This document shows positions 27,638 to 41,673 of a stretch of 64,000 nucleotides of DNA, one piece after another (the stretch's first letter is position 1; each line of letters opens with the position of its first letter). The notes under the pieces are model-generated. The model made no database searches. It was not told where the DNA came from and saw only the letters and a program-made list of their open reading frames with translations. Origin of the DNA: Amoebophrya sp. A120 (taxonomy: Eukaryota > Protista > Dinoflagellata). The stretch lies in the NCBI GenBank assembly GCA_905178155.1, contig CAJINV010000016.1, positions 835,386-899,385 on the forward strand, read 5' to 3'. The position numbers were made by a program, and so were the translations under genes.

Positions 27638-30600
27638 ATGCCGGTGCGACTAAAAGCACCTCCAACTCCGGGTAGCAGTGGTGTACGAAGTTCGCCGATC
27701 ACGACGGGGCTTGCTGTAACGGCCAGCTCTTCCAGTCGAAGCACAACATGTGTTTTACCCGCACCCTGTTGGAAGTGCGAGCCACAGCTGCAGCTGGGGA
27801 AAGCGCGACGGCTCTTCAATTCAGCCTGCAGCCGCGTCGCTGTTATTTCCGACAGGGCTTCGACCGTGACTCCGCAACCAGAAGAGACATCGGGTCCAGT
27901 TGTACAGTTCTCCAAACCAGGCTACGACCACCAACTCTCTCGTGTCAACCAAATGCTTCGCGAAGCGGAGAACGGCTCGCAAACGGGCGTTGCGCTTCTC
28001 GCCTTGGCGACCGTTGTGGACGCGATCCGCATTTCGCCATCCACGATTTCGCCCGGTGCAGAAACAGGAGTGGACAGTAGAAATAGCGGGAGCAAAAAGG
28101 ACTGCTCCACAACCAGTACTTCTACTCGTCTGCTCGCCCGGAAACTGGAGCGAAAGTTTTTCGCATGTCTCTTGTCCTCCAAAGTGCAAAAAAGACTCCT
28201 AGAATCCGCCCACGTGGACGTGTTGTTTCGTCTCACAGCGAAGGTGAATTCGTGGTTGTACGCGCGAGGGAAAGGCGACGTGCTGGAGGTGCGAGCGAAG
28301 AACGCATCGGTTGGCAAAAATGCAAGACGAGGTGGACCACCAGCATCGATTATTCCCAATGCAGCGGCGCCAATGGTTGTTGAAGCAGATCGTTTTCTTA
28401 CTCCCAGACAGATTTCGACGCCGCCCTCTACGCTACCAGGCGCAAAGTGGCTGGACGGGCTTTTCGCCGGAGGGGAGGCGCGAAAAGAACACAGTGCGCT
28501 TGTAAAGACCGCGCCCGAGGAGGGGACGAGTATGGGTGTCGTCAAAAGTAGTGCAGCCCCTGCTCTTGCATCTTCTATGTTATCGCCCCAGACCTACTTC
28601 CAGGCCGTGGAAAGCCGCAAAAGTCCATCAACTAAAAAGGCCAACATACACGAAATTTTCGCAAAAACGGGATGGACGATCGGGAAAAAGGCACCTGCTT
28701 CTGCGGTGGGCGAGCACGAAGTAGAGCACGACAAGCAAGCGCTTTTTACTCTGCCGCCCTCATTTTTTGCGGATCTGGAAGCGGATGAGGAGAATGTGAA
28801 CGCTCATCCTCCTACACATAGTCGTGCAGGTGCAGGACCAGCACCGCAAGACAGCACCACAGAAGCGGTATCACCAGTGAAAGTTCGCCGGCTGAACGCA
28901 GCGAGAGATACGATTGTGGTGGAGGAAAGCAGGGAGAGGTTTTCCTCCTTCAAGAAAAGACGGCATCTGAGGAAGGAAGCAATCAGACAGGCGAGGAAAG
29001 CGGCAGAACTGGCGCACGGTGCTGGCGGGGATGAGCTCGTCGCACTGTCGGCAGGTGCAGGAGCCTCTGGTGGCAGAGATGCAGCTGTACAACTGGCGAT
29101 CGGAAATAACAAGCACGCTGTCGCCGCTACTGCCCCGCATAGTGCTTTCGATCCCGTGAAGCTGCTGCTAGAGGAGCAAGAAAAGGAGCGGCAAATGATG
29201 CGTAGTTCTGGCGCAACACAGGGTGGAAACAATGGCTTTATCCCTCCTCGGAAAAAACTTTCGTTCTGGGAACGGCGACGCAGCAAATTGCGGGACGCCA
29301 GCGAGAATGCGCCAGTATGGGGGTTGTCAGAAGACCCTATCGCAGATCACGCTGGTGGTGCACTTGACATAGGTCTGCAGAGTAAAAATGCTTTGCCGAT
29401 ATTAAGCCCCGAATCTATTGAGCCAAGAGCCATGAGCAGGAGCAGGAATACTGCTCTCAGGGGACATGCCAGCACGAGAACTGCGCAGAGCACTTCTAAA
29501 AGCAGCGACTCACCGTTTCCTGTGGCCGCGTCGCCGACTACTAGTGCATCAGCGACTTCTACCAGTGCCCCACTCTCACGCACCGCAACGGATTGCAGTG
29601 GTGCAGGTGCTACTGATCCCGAAGGAGGTAGTACAAAGACCACCGTTGTCCCGTTCTCGGAGGTACAACCGAGAGGTGGATCCAGTCACGCCTGTAGTGC
29701 ACCAAACTCCACTAGCGCGATGCAGAATTATGCAAGAAATGACACGGTGGAACAAGTTGAAGCACCTGCGCCCCCTTCATCGACGTTGGCAACCAACTTC
29801 ATCGCCCCGCCAGCTTCCCCGTCCACGGCTGTGCAGACGTTCCTGCAGAAAGCGACGAGAAAGCTGGTTGTCAACAAGTCCAAGGCTGTTTCGGAAGACG
29901 ACTGGCGGGGACAAGTGCGATTTCTCGCCCTGCTCGCATCCAGTAACGTTGCTCACACGCAGCTCCGGCCGGCGGTCTGCGCGTTAGTGCGGAACTTGCT
30001 TTTGGGCGGGGGAAGCATAACAAGCAAGACGGCCATGGTGACTACAGAAACAGGATTTGATAGTAGAGTTTCTGCACCTGCAGATAGAGATACCCGTGCC
30101 AGCACTGTTGGTGGAAAACACTTACTGTTATGCGACTTGCCGACTGTTTCAGAGAAGCAGGAGAAGGAACTGCAGGAAAAATCGGCCGCAGCATTACGGA
30201 TGGACAAGCCGTCAGAACCAGCACCTTCTCGTCAGCACGACGAATGTTTTCAAATGATGTCCTCTACGACGGCACTCGCGGAGACGCAGCAGTGGGGGGA
30301 GGTAGAACGAGACCAAGTAGAAGTATCCGTAGCAACAATAAAGCCTCCAAGCGTCGATCCATTCTACCAGATCCCGCTGCTCTACTCCGTTCAGATTCTC
30401 ACTCTTCTGTACAAAACGCTGCAGTTCGGGGACGCGAAGTGGACGGTTGTGGCTGATTTGCAAGAGTTGTTCGAACGCAGGAAAGCGAAAAACACGAATT
30501 TTGTTGAAGGAAAAACTACACCCGAAACTGCAAATGACCTAGACATCAGCTGCAAGGAGAATAAGACGAGAAAATTCGACCTGCGGAAAACGAGAAACGA

Positions 30601-32849
30601 GAGACTCAGCGAGGGCCCGGAGGTCAATCTTCTGGGGTCGAACACGGCGAGAAAAGCGGAAAGGGTGTTTTCGTCCTGCGCGTATTTTGCGGAGTTTCGG
30701 GACCTAGCGGGGAGGCTGGTGCGGGAGACTAGACTTTTGGAGGCGGTTGGGTCATGGTCATCAGGACTACTAGGGTATGAAGACGTGTTTGGACAGGAAA
30801 ATAAACACGCCCTTTCGACGACGAGGACCCCTACGGACCATCGCAACTGCACTCGGCTGAACGACAATGCTGCGGCTGGAGTGGCGGAGGCTGTAGGTTT
30901 TTTCAACCTGGCCATAGTGCCAGCGAAGGGAAGTTTAAGCTTTTCCTTCCTGTCACGCGTCAGTTCTAGTTGTGGGAAAAATGAAGCAGCTTTATCATGT
31001 TCTAAAATCAGCGAAGCAGGAGCGGAAGATGAAACAGTTTCTGTTGTAGAACCTGACGATTTTAAGCTCGGTGCAGCTGTGGACAATAAACACAAGCGGC
31101 CCCTCTCGGTCGAGAAGCGAAACCTGGTATTCCTCTGGGCCGAGCTGGCGATTCATCACCGGTATGAAATGGAAAAGTATCGTACTAGTAAAACTAAAAG
31201 TATAAATTGCATTACAAATTTCCCTAGCATGACAAATTGAACTTGCATCCTGTTTTAGCGTAGGAAGGCGATTTTTGTCATGCATGACTGCAATTACTTC
31301 TACGAGTGCGATACTTTTGCACAGGATAACCGGAAGGCCGCCGAGTGCGAGACGTGGCGGAAACTGGTGGAGGAGAATGGGTTGCACGAAACGGAAACGG
31401 GCAGTGCTTTTGCGTCCTGGTCTTCGTGTCGCAGGAAATCGGAATCGGTCACCAGGAACCTGATGCGGCGGCAGGTCGAGTTCTGCTATTGGAAGTGGAT
31501 GAAGAGGGCTGATTTCGGCGAAGAAGAAGAGACAAGTGCAAGCAAAGTACCGAAGGCGCAGAATATTAACCCCTTCTCCAATTTCCTGCACCACCAGCAC
31601 TTCGCCATCCCCGATGTCCTGCTCAACGCGAGGCCGCGAAATTTACCAAGTGAATCCCCGGCGGAAAGCAGGAAAGCCGGGACGGTGAACGTTCTATCAA
31701 ATGCAAAAGTGTCTGGGTCTGGAACAAAGCAACTTGTCGTGGTAAATCTGAATCATGTGGAAATCTGTATTGCATGATCGCCAGAAGCTGTCTACTTTTG
31801 ACCTGATCGAGAGGCAGTTTCTCATGCAGGATAGGCATGATAGAACTCTCACAGAATCTTTCATGCTATGTCCTACATACCAGACCGCGTGGGTCATGGA
31901 AAACCTGCATGACAGGTCTTGGCATTCTTCCAGACTCAGACATTTTCGCGGTTGATACGTTCCCGATTACTACGACGAATTTGTGCAGTTGCGCAAGCGG
32001 CTGCAGCCCTTCTGCAGTGTCTGGGAGAAGGAAAAGCCACTGTGGACGAGTTGTGACAGCGACGGCCGGGTGGGAAGTAGTAGTACTTTTGCAAAAGGAC
32101 GACGAGGCAATAAAGAAGAATTCTCTCACCCAATTACCGATATTGGAACTTCGTCGCAACAAGTGGAACCGGATGGAAGTGCACTTCCGGACTCGACCAG
32201 AGGTAAGCCACCAGTCGAGGGGCAGGATCGCGACCAGGCAGTAGAGCACCCTGTAAGAAAAAAGCAAGACCGCGTGGTTCCTTCAGCGTCAAGAACATCT
32301 GGAGGAGTACTTTTTCCCGATTTGTCGGGAATTCTAAGAGACGAGAATGCAGCTCCTTCTAGACGCAAACCACTTGGCGCGAACGGAAGTTTTGACTCGG
32401 ACGACAAAGAAGATCTGGCACCACCCCCACGAGGAAGTGAAAATTGTGTGGGCGCACGAAGAACGGAAGAGCAGACTGGAGTGTCTAATGTGTGTCTCCG
32501 CAACCAAGAAAACGCCACACTGCACCAATTGGGCGAAGAACGTCAGCAAGATGTTGAAAACGGAGAGGATCGCACGTCAGAAATTTCGAACCGCACAGCG
32601 TCCACCACAGCCTGTCTGGAAGAAAGCTGGAAGTTGCTGCCGTCTTTCGATGCGGACTTCTACTCTAAGAGGAAAAATTGCAAGAGTAGAAGTCCATCTT
32701 CTTCCTCCGCGGCACAATCGACCGGCAACGACCCCGGTGTGCTGTTAAACGGAATTGAGAATCTCATGTGGCATATCGTTTGGAAAGTTTCTCTCTATTG
32801 TGACTTTTTGTCACCACGATTCTACTGCTCGTTCGCCGGCACTGTGTAG
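27638..32849 (+). CDS. Large hypothetical low-complexity protein, at least 3 exons; 3' end uncertain
   Basis: ORFs 27632, 31280 and 31983 join in frame after removing introners 31163-31328 and 31695-31957. Confidence 0.7.
31163..31328. mobile_element. Introner, family B
   Basis: TATGAAATGGAAAAGTATCGTACTAGTA / TACGAGTGCGATACTTTTGCACAGGATA; TSD ACCGG. Confidence 0.9.
31695..31957. mobile_element. Introner, family A
   Basis: TATCAAATGCAAAAGTGTCTGGGTCTGGAA / TTCCAGACTCAGACATTTTCGCGGTTGATA; TSD CGTTC. Confidence 0.9.
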
Positions 32850-34643
32850 GTACTTGCTTCTGAAAAGAGTTTTGTATGCAGTGGAGCCACGTGGACGTGA
32901 TGCATGGAGGTGTTTGTCTTTTCGTGTCATGTTTTATTATTCTGACTCTTCTTGCATGATGACGATGAGTTGCAGGAGAACCACAAAAAAAACGACCAGT
33001 GGCACTGGAGATGGAAAACCTGATCAGAGAAATTTCTCAATTTCATATCCGAAACTGCGTCGCGGCCTATCGTGGTGGTTGACACGGCAAAACGGTACAG
33101 TGTCAGTTCTTTGCGGAAAATGGAAAAACAAATCAAACGCAGAATCATGGCAGAGAAGTAGAGACACTCAAAGTTGTAAACCTGCATATGGTCGTGAAAG
33201 AACAGCAAGCCGCGGAGGATAAATCTTGCAACGCAGAAAAGACATATTACTCAAAGTCGTTCAACATGGAAAGCATGAGTGTTTCTACTCCGCGCACCGG
33301 CCAACTACATGTGGTCAGCGATAGCTCGACGATTTTGCTGTTTCGGCACATCAGATGATTGTGATTCTGACAACGTTTTGCTCGCGAACAGAATCACAAC
33401 CAAAAAAATAAGGAGAAGCGGTTGCTTTTCCCTTCACCGTTTTTTTGTCACGGGTTTGCTCGGTTTGAGGAGGGGTTTTCGGTTTCGTATGTAGTTGGTT
33501 GCTACTTCTATCTCTTAGAGTATCGGTAAAAAAAACCTACTGTGCTGTTTTGTGCGATCTTCATCGCCTGTCGTCGTTTTGGTTGCAACAGTACATACTA
33601 AGCAGCTTTTATTGATGTCACAGACTCCCTGTGACTCGGTTTCTGTCGTGCTCGTTCCGGAATTTGTCTCGGTTTCATTCGCATCATGTGAATCCTCGTC
33701 CTTCTCGTACTACGGTTGCAAGAACCAATAATATTGTAAAGCCGAAAGACTCCTCGGTCTCGTTGGCGATAAATTCACACCCGACGGTGAAAGCAAGAAC
33801 TTCGGTTCGTCCGTACTCCAAGTGCCTGTCGTGCCGTCTTCCTAGTGGTCGCTCCTGCGTTCGTAGTCCTCGTGCTTTTCGTACAAGCGAACGTGTGGCT
33901 TTTTTTCATTTTATTTGTTCTTACATACTTGCATACTTCACCATCACCATGCATCAGTACTTTACCATTTTGATTCTCTTCATTTTTGATACCTCACGAC
34001 CGACCAGAATCGCTAGTACAGTCACTTGCTGACCACGTACCAGTAAAATCCTCTCCAACAAGTAAACGCAAAACCCCACTTTCCACTTTCATCCTTTCGG
34101 AAGAAGCAACTAGTACAACCCACGGCAAGTAGCTTTCATCCTTCAGCAAGCTTTTTCTTTGCAAGAAGCTGTAGAAAAGTTGTAGCATACTCAATTTATC
34201 AAACGCGTCGCCAGGAAAAAACCCACGTTGTCCCAACTTGTAGAAGCCCACGGACGAAGTTCCAAGCATGAACAGCGAATCAGGGACCAGGCCTGTAATG
34301 TGCGACACAAACACGGGCTGCATGATGTGGTCGCCGGATGGGGAAGAGAAATGGTATTTTTACTATCTATTGGATATTGCATGAGTCAAGGCGCGTGTAT
34401 GTTGTGCTGCGCGTCGAACAAAGCGAAAAAAATACACAAGTTGCGCTACGCCTACTCTAAGTTGTGCTACGCCTACTTTTTCCTGGGTGACTGGGATTGC
34501 GTTTGCGTTTGCAAATTCATTTCTATCCTTCTTTCTGTATCTGTTTTGCAAAACTTTCCAGGTGTCCCAAAACCTCGGCTGTTCTGGGCGAGCAGGGCCA
34601 CGTCTTCCTCCCCACTGACGGACGAGCGCAGCATCAGGGGAAG

Positions 34644-37600
34644 ATGATGCAGCAGGCCATGACCGCGTTTAACAACCGGGAACAAGCTACTCGCACTGCT
34701 GCAACACGCGGTACTTCCGGCATGTCCTTCTCCAACACCTCCGACGACCAGAAAACCGAGGCTCCCCAATCCGGGCACGAAACCGTCAACACGCGCTTTT
34801 CTGGGACGAGCAGCAAGCCGTGTCGAAGCGAAAAGGCAAAGCTGGCGAATAAAGAAGGCATTTTGTTTCGCCCCCGCCCCCCCGCGGACCCGCAGGTGAG
34901 TGATGTCTTGGAGCGGGAGAAGGGGCAAAACTGGGGCTTTTTCGTCACCAACGGGGGAAATTCATCATCCGGGAGTGAGAAGGACAGTGAGTTGCGCAGC
35001 TTCTACAACAACCGGAACAGTGTCGGAGGTAGCCGCGGGAGTACCAGAAAAGGGACCACTGGAAAGAATTCGAAGCAGCAGGGTAACAAAAACGGCAAGC
35101 CGGGTTACAACAAAATGATGGACAAGACGAGCACCAGATCTAGCAGCAGCACTGGGACCCTCTTCTTACACCGGGTGTTGAAGATGCGTGTTTCCACCTT
35201 CCGCGGAGGTGGTCTGTTACGCCTTGTCTCTCTGCTGCTTGCAGTTCCCCCCGCGCCCACGACCCTTGGGGTGAAAATTCTCAACCGGAACCTCGGAGCG
35301 AGTACCAGAAGTTCATCCGAGAACAAGTACAATTCCCATGGACCTTACGAGCCAGGACAACAAAGCTGGGAGTCGTCCGACGGTGATGCAATTAATTCCG
35401 TCCCGAAAGTAGAATCGGCCATTTGGCATGATGACGAGGGGCACCAGGTCGAAGCGACGTTGACCACTTCTGCTGCACGAAAGGAATCAGAATCGGAAGA
35501 TCTCGAACCGGGATGGTTCACCTCGATTCCGAGCCAAATTGCCGGATTTGGTTCTGGTTTGGCGGAGCAGCTGGGAAGCTTTCTGCAAGCGGGCAGTGAC
35601 GCTGTTGTTAACGGTTTGTTTCCAAGCAGTGATTCTCATCCTACCGACGGAGGTGGAAGTGGTGGGGGCGCTTCTTTTCTCGCGGAAGAAAACAGTGCAA
35701 GGAATCATGCGCAATCTGACCCTCCTCGGATGTCTACCGTGACTTCTACCACTGTCACAACGCTCTCTCCGTCTACGGATGAACTAGAATTGCCTGCCCC
35801 GCAAGATTTGGAAACCTCCGACGGGGATTGCGAAGGCGAAGGCCGCTGCGCGAAGAAGTCCGAGACGTCACAAGAAGATGCTAGCTCTTTTGCCGACTAA
35901 TTTACAAGCTTCATGCAAGCGGCTAGCGACGCGGTCGGACTCGGAAATTTGCTTTCGGGACCGGACGAACAAGGAAGCAGTGTTGATATGCTGCAGAGGG
36001 CAAAGGGCATCAAAGAGCAGCACAGCCCGGTGGATCCGTCTCTACTGCCCACGACCGACCACGCGCATTCTCCGCTGCCGCAAAGGGCTTCGCCTCTGGT
36101 GGGTCCCGGAACAGCTTCGCCGACGAGTGCCACCGCTCGCGCCGGCGCGCAGCAAGAGGAGAAGGAAGCGCCCTCGGTTGTACTAACGGAAACGACTACA
36201 ACCACGACCCTGACGTCGCCGCACCCGCCGGCACCGCTTAAGCCTTCTGTCGACGGGAGTGTGTCGACTCCCGGCTCCTCGAGTGCGCGGACCACAACGT
36301 CAACGCCGCCCCACCCGCCGCCCCCGATTCTTCATCCGGGACCGCAAGGCGAGGAACTGCAGCCTGCTGTCAGTGGGCCCTCGCTTCCAGATTCTTCCCT
36401 TGAGAAATTGAGCCAGGCAGCGGAGGACCAAGGGGGAGCACCACTAGCTGGACCTGGTCTGGAAAACATTGTCGCGGGCAATCTGACAAATTCAAATACG
36501 ACGGTTGAAAGAGCTTTTTTCGCAGCTGTGGCGGGAAGGTCCAGGGGGCACAATTTCTCGGCGTCCACCTCTGCGCCATGGACCTCCCACGGGGCTCTGC
36601 CGCAGGCAGCAGGGGCAGGAAACGTGACCACTACCACTAGTTCGGCGGCCCCAGATATCTTGAGGAATCTGCAGCGCGGGGCGGGCACGATGCATTCCTG
36701 GCATCTTCACTCTAGAGCGCATTCCATTTCATTCCAGTCTTGTAACTGTATCTGAGGACCAGCATCACCACGACGGCACACAGCACAGGAATCGTTCGCT
36801 TTTTATGCAACGCAAAAAAATTATTTATACAGTACTAGAAGGAGAAGCAGAAGGACAAACAAAGATGTAAAGTCGTGCAACAATTCTGTATGGTTCAATT
36901 ATGGTACAACTTACATGGCGTCCGGTATCGTGTTGATTGTGCGTCGGTGCAGACGAAACAGCAGGAAGTCAGCGAACCGAGTCTACTGCCAATATTGTGT
37001 CGAGGTTGGACGTTGCTATATGTACTTGAGGAATGATTATCTAGGAACATTACTCGTTCTTGCTATTCATGGGTTGCAAGAAGTCGAACTCGAAGTCCTC
37101 CCGAGCCTTTGCAGTAGCGCTGGTTGTAAATTATGGCGCGCACCAAGTCATTGTGACAGTGACCATATTTGTGCGTGCACTGTGATGGCGCTCTCAAGTC
37201 AGGAATGCTCCTTGCATCGCGGCGCCCCGGCTTTTTCGACTTCGATAAAGAAGAGATTTGCAGAGCAGCAGGGGGGAGAAGAAGGTGCGAGTGCATTTCT
37301 TGATGCAACTCAGCCTTTCCGTGGCCCCCCAAGGCCAACCCAAGCCCTGCGGCGTACTAATTCAGCTCCACCAGGATTCTCGGGCATTGCGGTGCAGCGC
37401 GACGCACAGATAGATAAGCAGACGAAAAAGTTTTTTTCCAGCAAGGCGTGGACGCGAGTGTTGGCCGCCGACAAAGCGCGCCGCAAAGCTCAGAGTACCA
37501 TTGAGTATGGCCAGCTGCGAAGCTATGTCGACGACAAGGACGTCGCTGCCTGGCATGCCTTTCAGGAGGACAAGAAAAGCCCCGGGATGACGAAGCAGTG

Positions 37601-39350
37601 GACATGGATAGACCTGTTTTTCTGCCCGAATCCCAGGATGCGCCAGACGAGTCGGGAATCCAGACACACCTTTGTGAGATTCTCCATTGTTGATGAAAAA
37701 GATGTTACAGATGGGATGGAGCCACCCTTTTTGACAGTCAGCGCAGAGTACGAGCCGGGATTCGGAATGGACCTTACAAGCTTCGACGAGTTGCAGGTTG
37801 AAAACGGCTACTTTTTTGGATATGGATATGATGGTGGCTATCGGCATTACAATCACGAGAAGATCGGAAATGAGAAGTTCGGAGAGCATGCAGATTCATT
37901 CACACCGCAGTGGTGGACGACCGGGGTGGATATGAAACTTTCTGTTGTCAATGATCGCTCAAGGTCGAGACTGGGAGCGTACGGCGGCCACGGTCGGAGC
38001 CAGGATTTATTGTTTGAACCTGGACTACGGACACGCGCAAAAAACTCCATGGTGAAGCTGATAAACAAGACTGTGCTGAAGCGTCGTCCCCTCGTTTTTT
38101 GGTCGGAATATGATCCTGTTCTCTCGTGGCGCTTTGTTGATGCAGAAGATATAATGAATGTCGTTGCGCTTGCCGCGCAGGCCACGGGGTTTGGGTGGGT
38201 CCATGAGCAAGCGGGCTTTGTTGACGAATGGAAACACTTTGCAAACGTGGTGATGAACGTGTGGACGCGACCGGGCAGCCCTGCTTGGTGGAACTTGTCC
38301 AACTTGAAGGGCAGCGGCGTCGAACCGATGAGCCGTTTCGCCACCCCAGCACAAAGGCCGAACGGAATGGAAGTTGACGGAACTACACCAAAACCTTTTT
38401 GGCCCCAGCAAGCGGAGCACGCGTTGATAACTGAAATTGGGGAAGTGATACGCAATATGTGGGCGATCTACAACGACTGGTACGTCAAAGCGGATTTTGC
38501 TTTCCTGAATGCGGGCTTGTCGGCGGAACGACACAAAAAGAAGCAGCGTCTGCAAGAACTGTCTCGCATTAGATCAAAGAGTCCCAAGAACGTCAAAGAG
38601 TCCCAAGAATTGCGATATGACATTTTTCAGATTGACGTTTTTGGGTACCCCGACCTGTATGCGCTTTACGAGATGCTATTTGTGGAGCTTAATACTAAAC
38701 AAGACGGCGGCGGCGATTTGAACCTCGTCAAGCTCAATCAAGCAGCAGAGGCAATGGATGCAATCTGCAGAGCGAGCCACCCAAAAGTGCGAGAGGTAAC
38801 AGCTTGTTGGGATCGAGAGGTGAGTCAGGCAAGGCGCACCCATGCTTGCGAGATCAGTCGCGGAATTCGCACCTGGTTGTGTAAATCACAGGATGGCAAA
38901 GGGAACAAAAACAACTGCGTGGAGGAGCGAATGGAAAGATTGAAACAAGACGATTTTGCGCGGACCATCATGGAGAGAACCCCACTTCCCGATTGGAATT
39001 CAAACCAACCTCAAGAGTGGTGGGCTTGGCCTAGCTTCATGAGACAACTATATTACTGCAGGGGGCGGGTTGCTCCTCCTCATGCTCCTGCAGTAAAGGA
39101 AACACCGGCGACGTCGCAACCTGGAAATGGAATAACAAAAGCGGAATCAATATCGGGGGAGAACCTTGACCTCACCTCTTGGTCAGGGCAGGAGTACAAA
39201 AAATACAATTTTGGGAACCCTCCACAAAAGAATTTGTTCCAAGACCTCCAATCAAAGGCGAATGTGCCACCGGACCATGTATATGCTTGGGTGAAAGTCT
39301 ACGTCGATGAGTCTTCGCGGGAAAAGCATATGTCCCGCGACCCAAGATAG
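34644..39350 (+). pseudogene. Large putatively secreted protein interrupted by one in-frame TAA (35898-35900); probable non-canonical intron about 36687-37223
   Basis: ORFs 34497, 35913 and 36915 share one frame. Signal-like MRVSTFRGGGLLRLVSLLLAV at 35184. An internal repeat aligns the TAA with a Gln codon. The start is uncertain. Confidence 0.55.
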
Positions 39351-40076
39351 CAAAATCCGGAAAAACAGGACAAGTTTTCATCTGGTACGTTTGGAAGCCG
39401 AGCATTGCTGGTGATCCCGGAGGACACGGGCCGGCTGCTCGAGTTTCGGCGATTTGAATTGGCCCGCGTGACGCGGCTCTTCGCGCTTGCTTGTAGCAAA
39501 GCAGTAGGGGCCTCTCATCGTTCCACAGCAGATGAACAGATCTCCGACTCGCACTCGGGACAGGTCGAAAACTTCGCCTGGGAGAGCAAGTAATCGCAAG
39601 CAGTGCCAGGCAACAGAATGCGCTGAGGTGTGTGACATTTTCGAAAACTGCAAACGCGACCCCCATGGCCCATGTGAAAGAGCGAGCAAGGCCGGCAACG
39701 GTGTCGCGTGAGCAACATGCGGCGCCGCCGGCCGTCGCTTCAAAATTTCCGCACGCCGCACGCGGCAATTCCGCCGCCCGATGCCCGGCCAAAATTGACG
39801 TCCCCCGCCTTTTCGGGCACAATTTTGCGTTGCTGGGTGGCATCAATTTTTCCGGCACAGGCCCCGGGCAATTGTTTTACCGCGGAAAAGTCAAAGTGCA
39901 ATTTTGGTGAACAAAATCGCGAAAACTTCCGAAACGCGAAAAGCATACGCGAAATCGCAGCAAAAATCGGCGCGCGGCATTTTTTTCGGCCCTGGTGTCG
40001 CCTGTTTTTCAGGTTTTCGCAATTTTCTTGCAGTGGTTCAGATTTTTTTTCATCTAAAAATTTCCTTTCGGATTTG

Positions 40077-40119
40077 GATTTTGTTCCAGATTTTGTTCCG
40101 GATTTTGTTCCAGATTTTG
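40077..40119. repeat. 12-bp tandem repeat GATTTTGTTCC(A/G) x3.5
   Basis: Directly visible in the sequence. Confidence 0.85.
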
Positions 40120-41604
40120 ATGAACAAAATTTTGTTCGGGAGTTACATGAAATCTTTGTTGCCCGTTTTTCTATTCTAAAGTCTGTAGCAGTGGCGTGGC
40201 CGCGCTTGCGAAGTCTTTTGCTTTTTGCGCCCGCGCCCCAAGTGTGTTTTTGCCTCCAGTTCCGCATAATTAAATCTCGCACCGCAAGGACTGTCGCGGA
40301 AGGCGCCCTCTGAAACACCGCATGAGCGCCACCAGTAGCGGCGGGGCGAGGACTGGGGGATTAGTTCCGCCACAGTGTCACGGTTATCCGGTGTGGGATA
40401 ATGTTGCGCAGGGTGGGCAGTTGCTAGCATTTGCCCGGCACAGTCCAGTGACCCGGAATCATGAGGGTCATGTCAGGACATTTGTGCGATTTCTTTTTTC
40501 GTTTTCCGGGTTCTATCGTCAAATCAAACTCAAACAAGTAAGTCATGTCGTCTTTTCCCCTTCCCTTCCAAAATAGATAAACTAGTTCGCATGTGTGTTA
40601 TATTTGTATTCCCCCTCCTCCAAATTTCTCAAAAATTTGATTTTCCTTTTCCGGGTTTTATCGATTTTGCTCTCTTGGTTCTCCGGGACATATGAGAAAA
40701 CGATGGACGGATACGGCGTTCGCGACTGGGTGAGGTCGGCAAACAATGGACCTGCTTTTGAGCCTGACGTGCAGTATTTCCGATATGTCGGGGAGCTTCA
40801 AAAGGGAAAGGCAATGTCAAACCCATTTGGCTATCACTTCAGCTACGTCATGTAGCGGCGTCAGTGCGGGGCCACGTGGTGGCCGCGACGGGCGGAAGTC
40901 TGTCGGCGCTTGCTAGGGGGTTTACAGCCACTCTGGGTGTCGGGAAAACAGTCTCCTGGTTGTCGACAAATCAAATTTTACGACCTCCACCAATTGTAGT
41001 TGCAACGCCACCAGGGAAAGTATAGTCGTAGCACAAAATGGCAACCGCCTAAGTCTTCATGTGTCCTTTTCATCCTCGTTTTTTAATTAAATAGTTTTTG
41101 TATGGTTTGCAAGAAAATCCATGTACGACATGCAAAACCCTAGTTTTATCACTGTTTTCCAACTGCTAGTATTAACTCAGCCGCACCAAGCACAACATAT
41201 TTGAATATTAATTTCCGGAAGTTCCAAGTTTTTGGGGTTCAGATGAGTGCACATGAATCACGTGTTTTTAAAGAGCGCGAATTTTCTTTCAATGCCGACA
41301 TTTCAAAGACACGTAAACGTGCACGATATTGTCCTTGCGCCATCTGTTTTATTTGTATGCGAATTTAAGTTTAACTAGAGTACGTCCCTCGAAGATATCC
41401 ATGTTAGTGTTACCACAAGATAGATTTTGTACATTATTGGTCTTCTTTATCGTCTGTCATGTAAGCCTACAAATCCGTACTGTGCCGAACAAGAGAGATG
41501 AAGGCCGAGTCTGTTCTTTTGTCTTTTTAGAGTCAGTGATGTTCAGCCGGACTTTTTCACTTCGTGGTTGATTGGGATGCTCGTTCTTCTTTCGCAGTTG
41601 CGGG

Positions 41605-41673
41605 GGCTTATCTATTGTCGGTCATCAGGCTTATCTATTGTCGGTCCTGATCCTAGTACTACCAGGATCAGGA
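41605..41673. repeat. 19-bp direct repeat x2 overlapping a 10-bp-stem hairpin
   Basis: GGCTTATCTATTGTCGGTC at 41605 and 41628; TCCTGATCCT...AGGATCAGGA at 41645-41673. Confidence 0.7.

Noticed and set aside
35898-35900. TAA=Gln genetic code reassignment
   Set aside because: TAA terminates adk and H3 normally, and no other in-frame TAA appears in the conserved genes.
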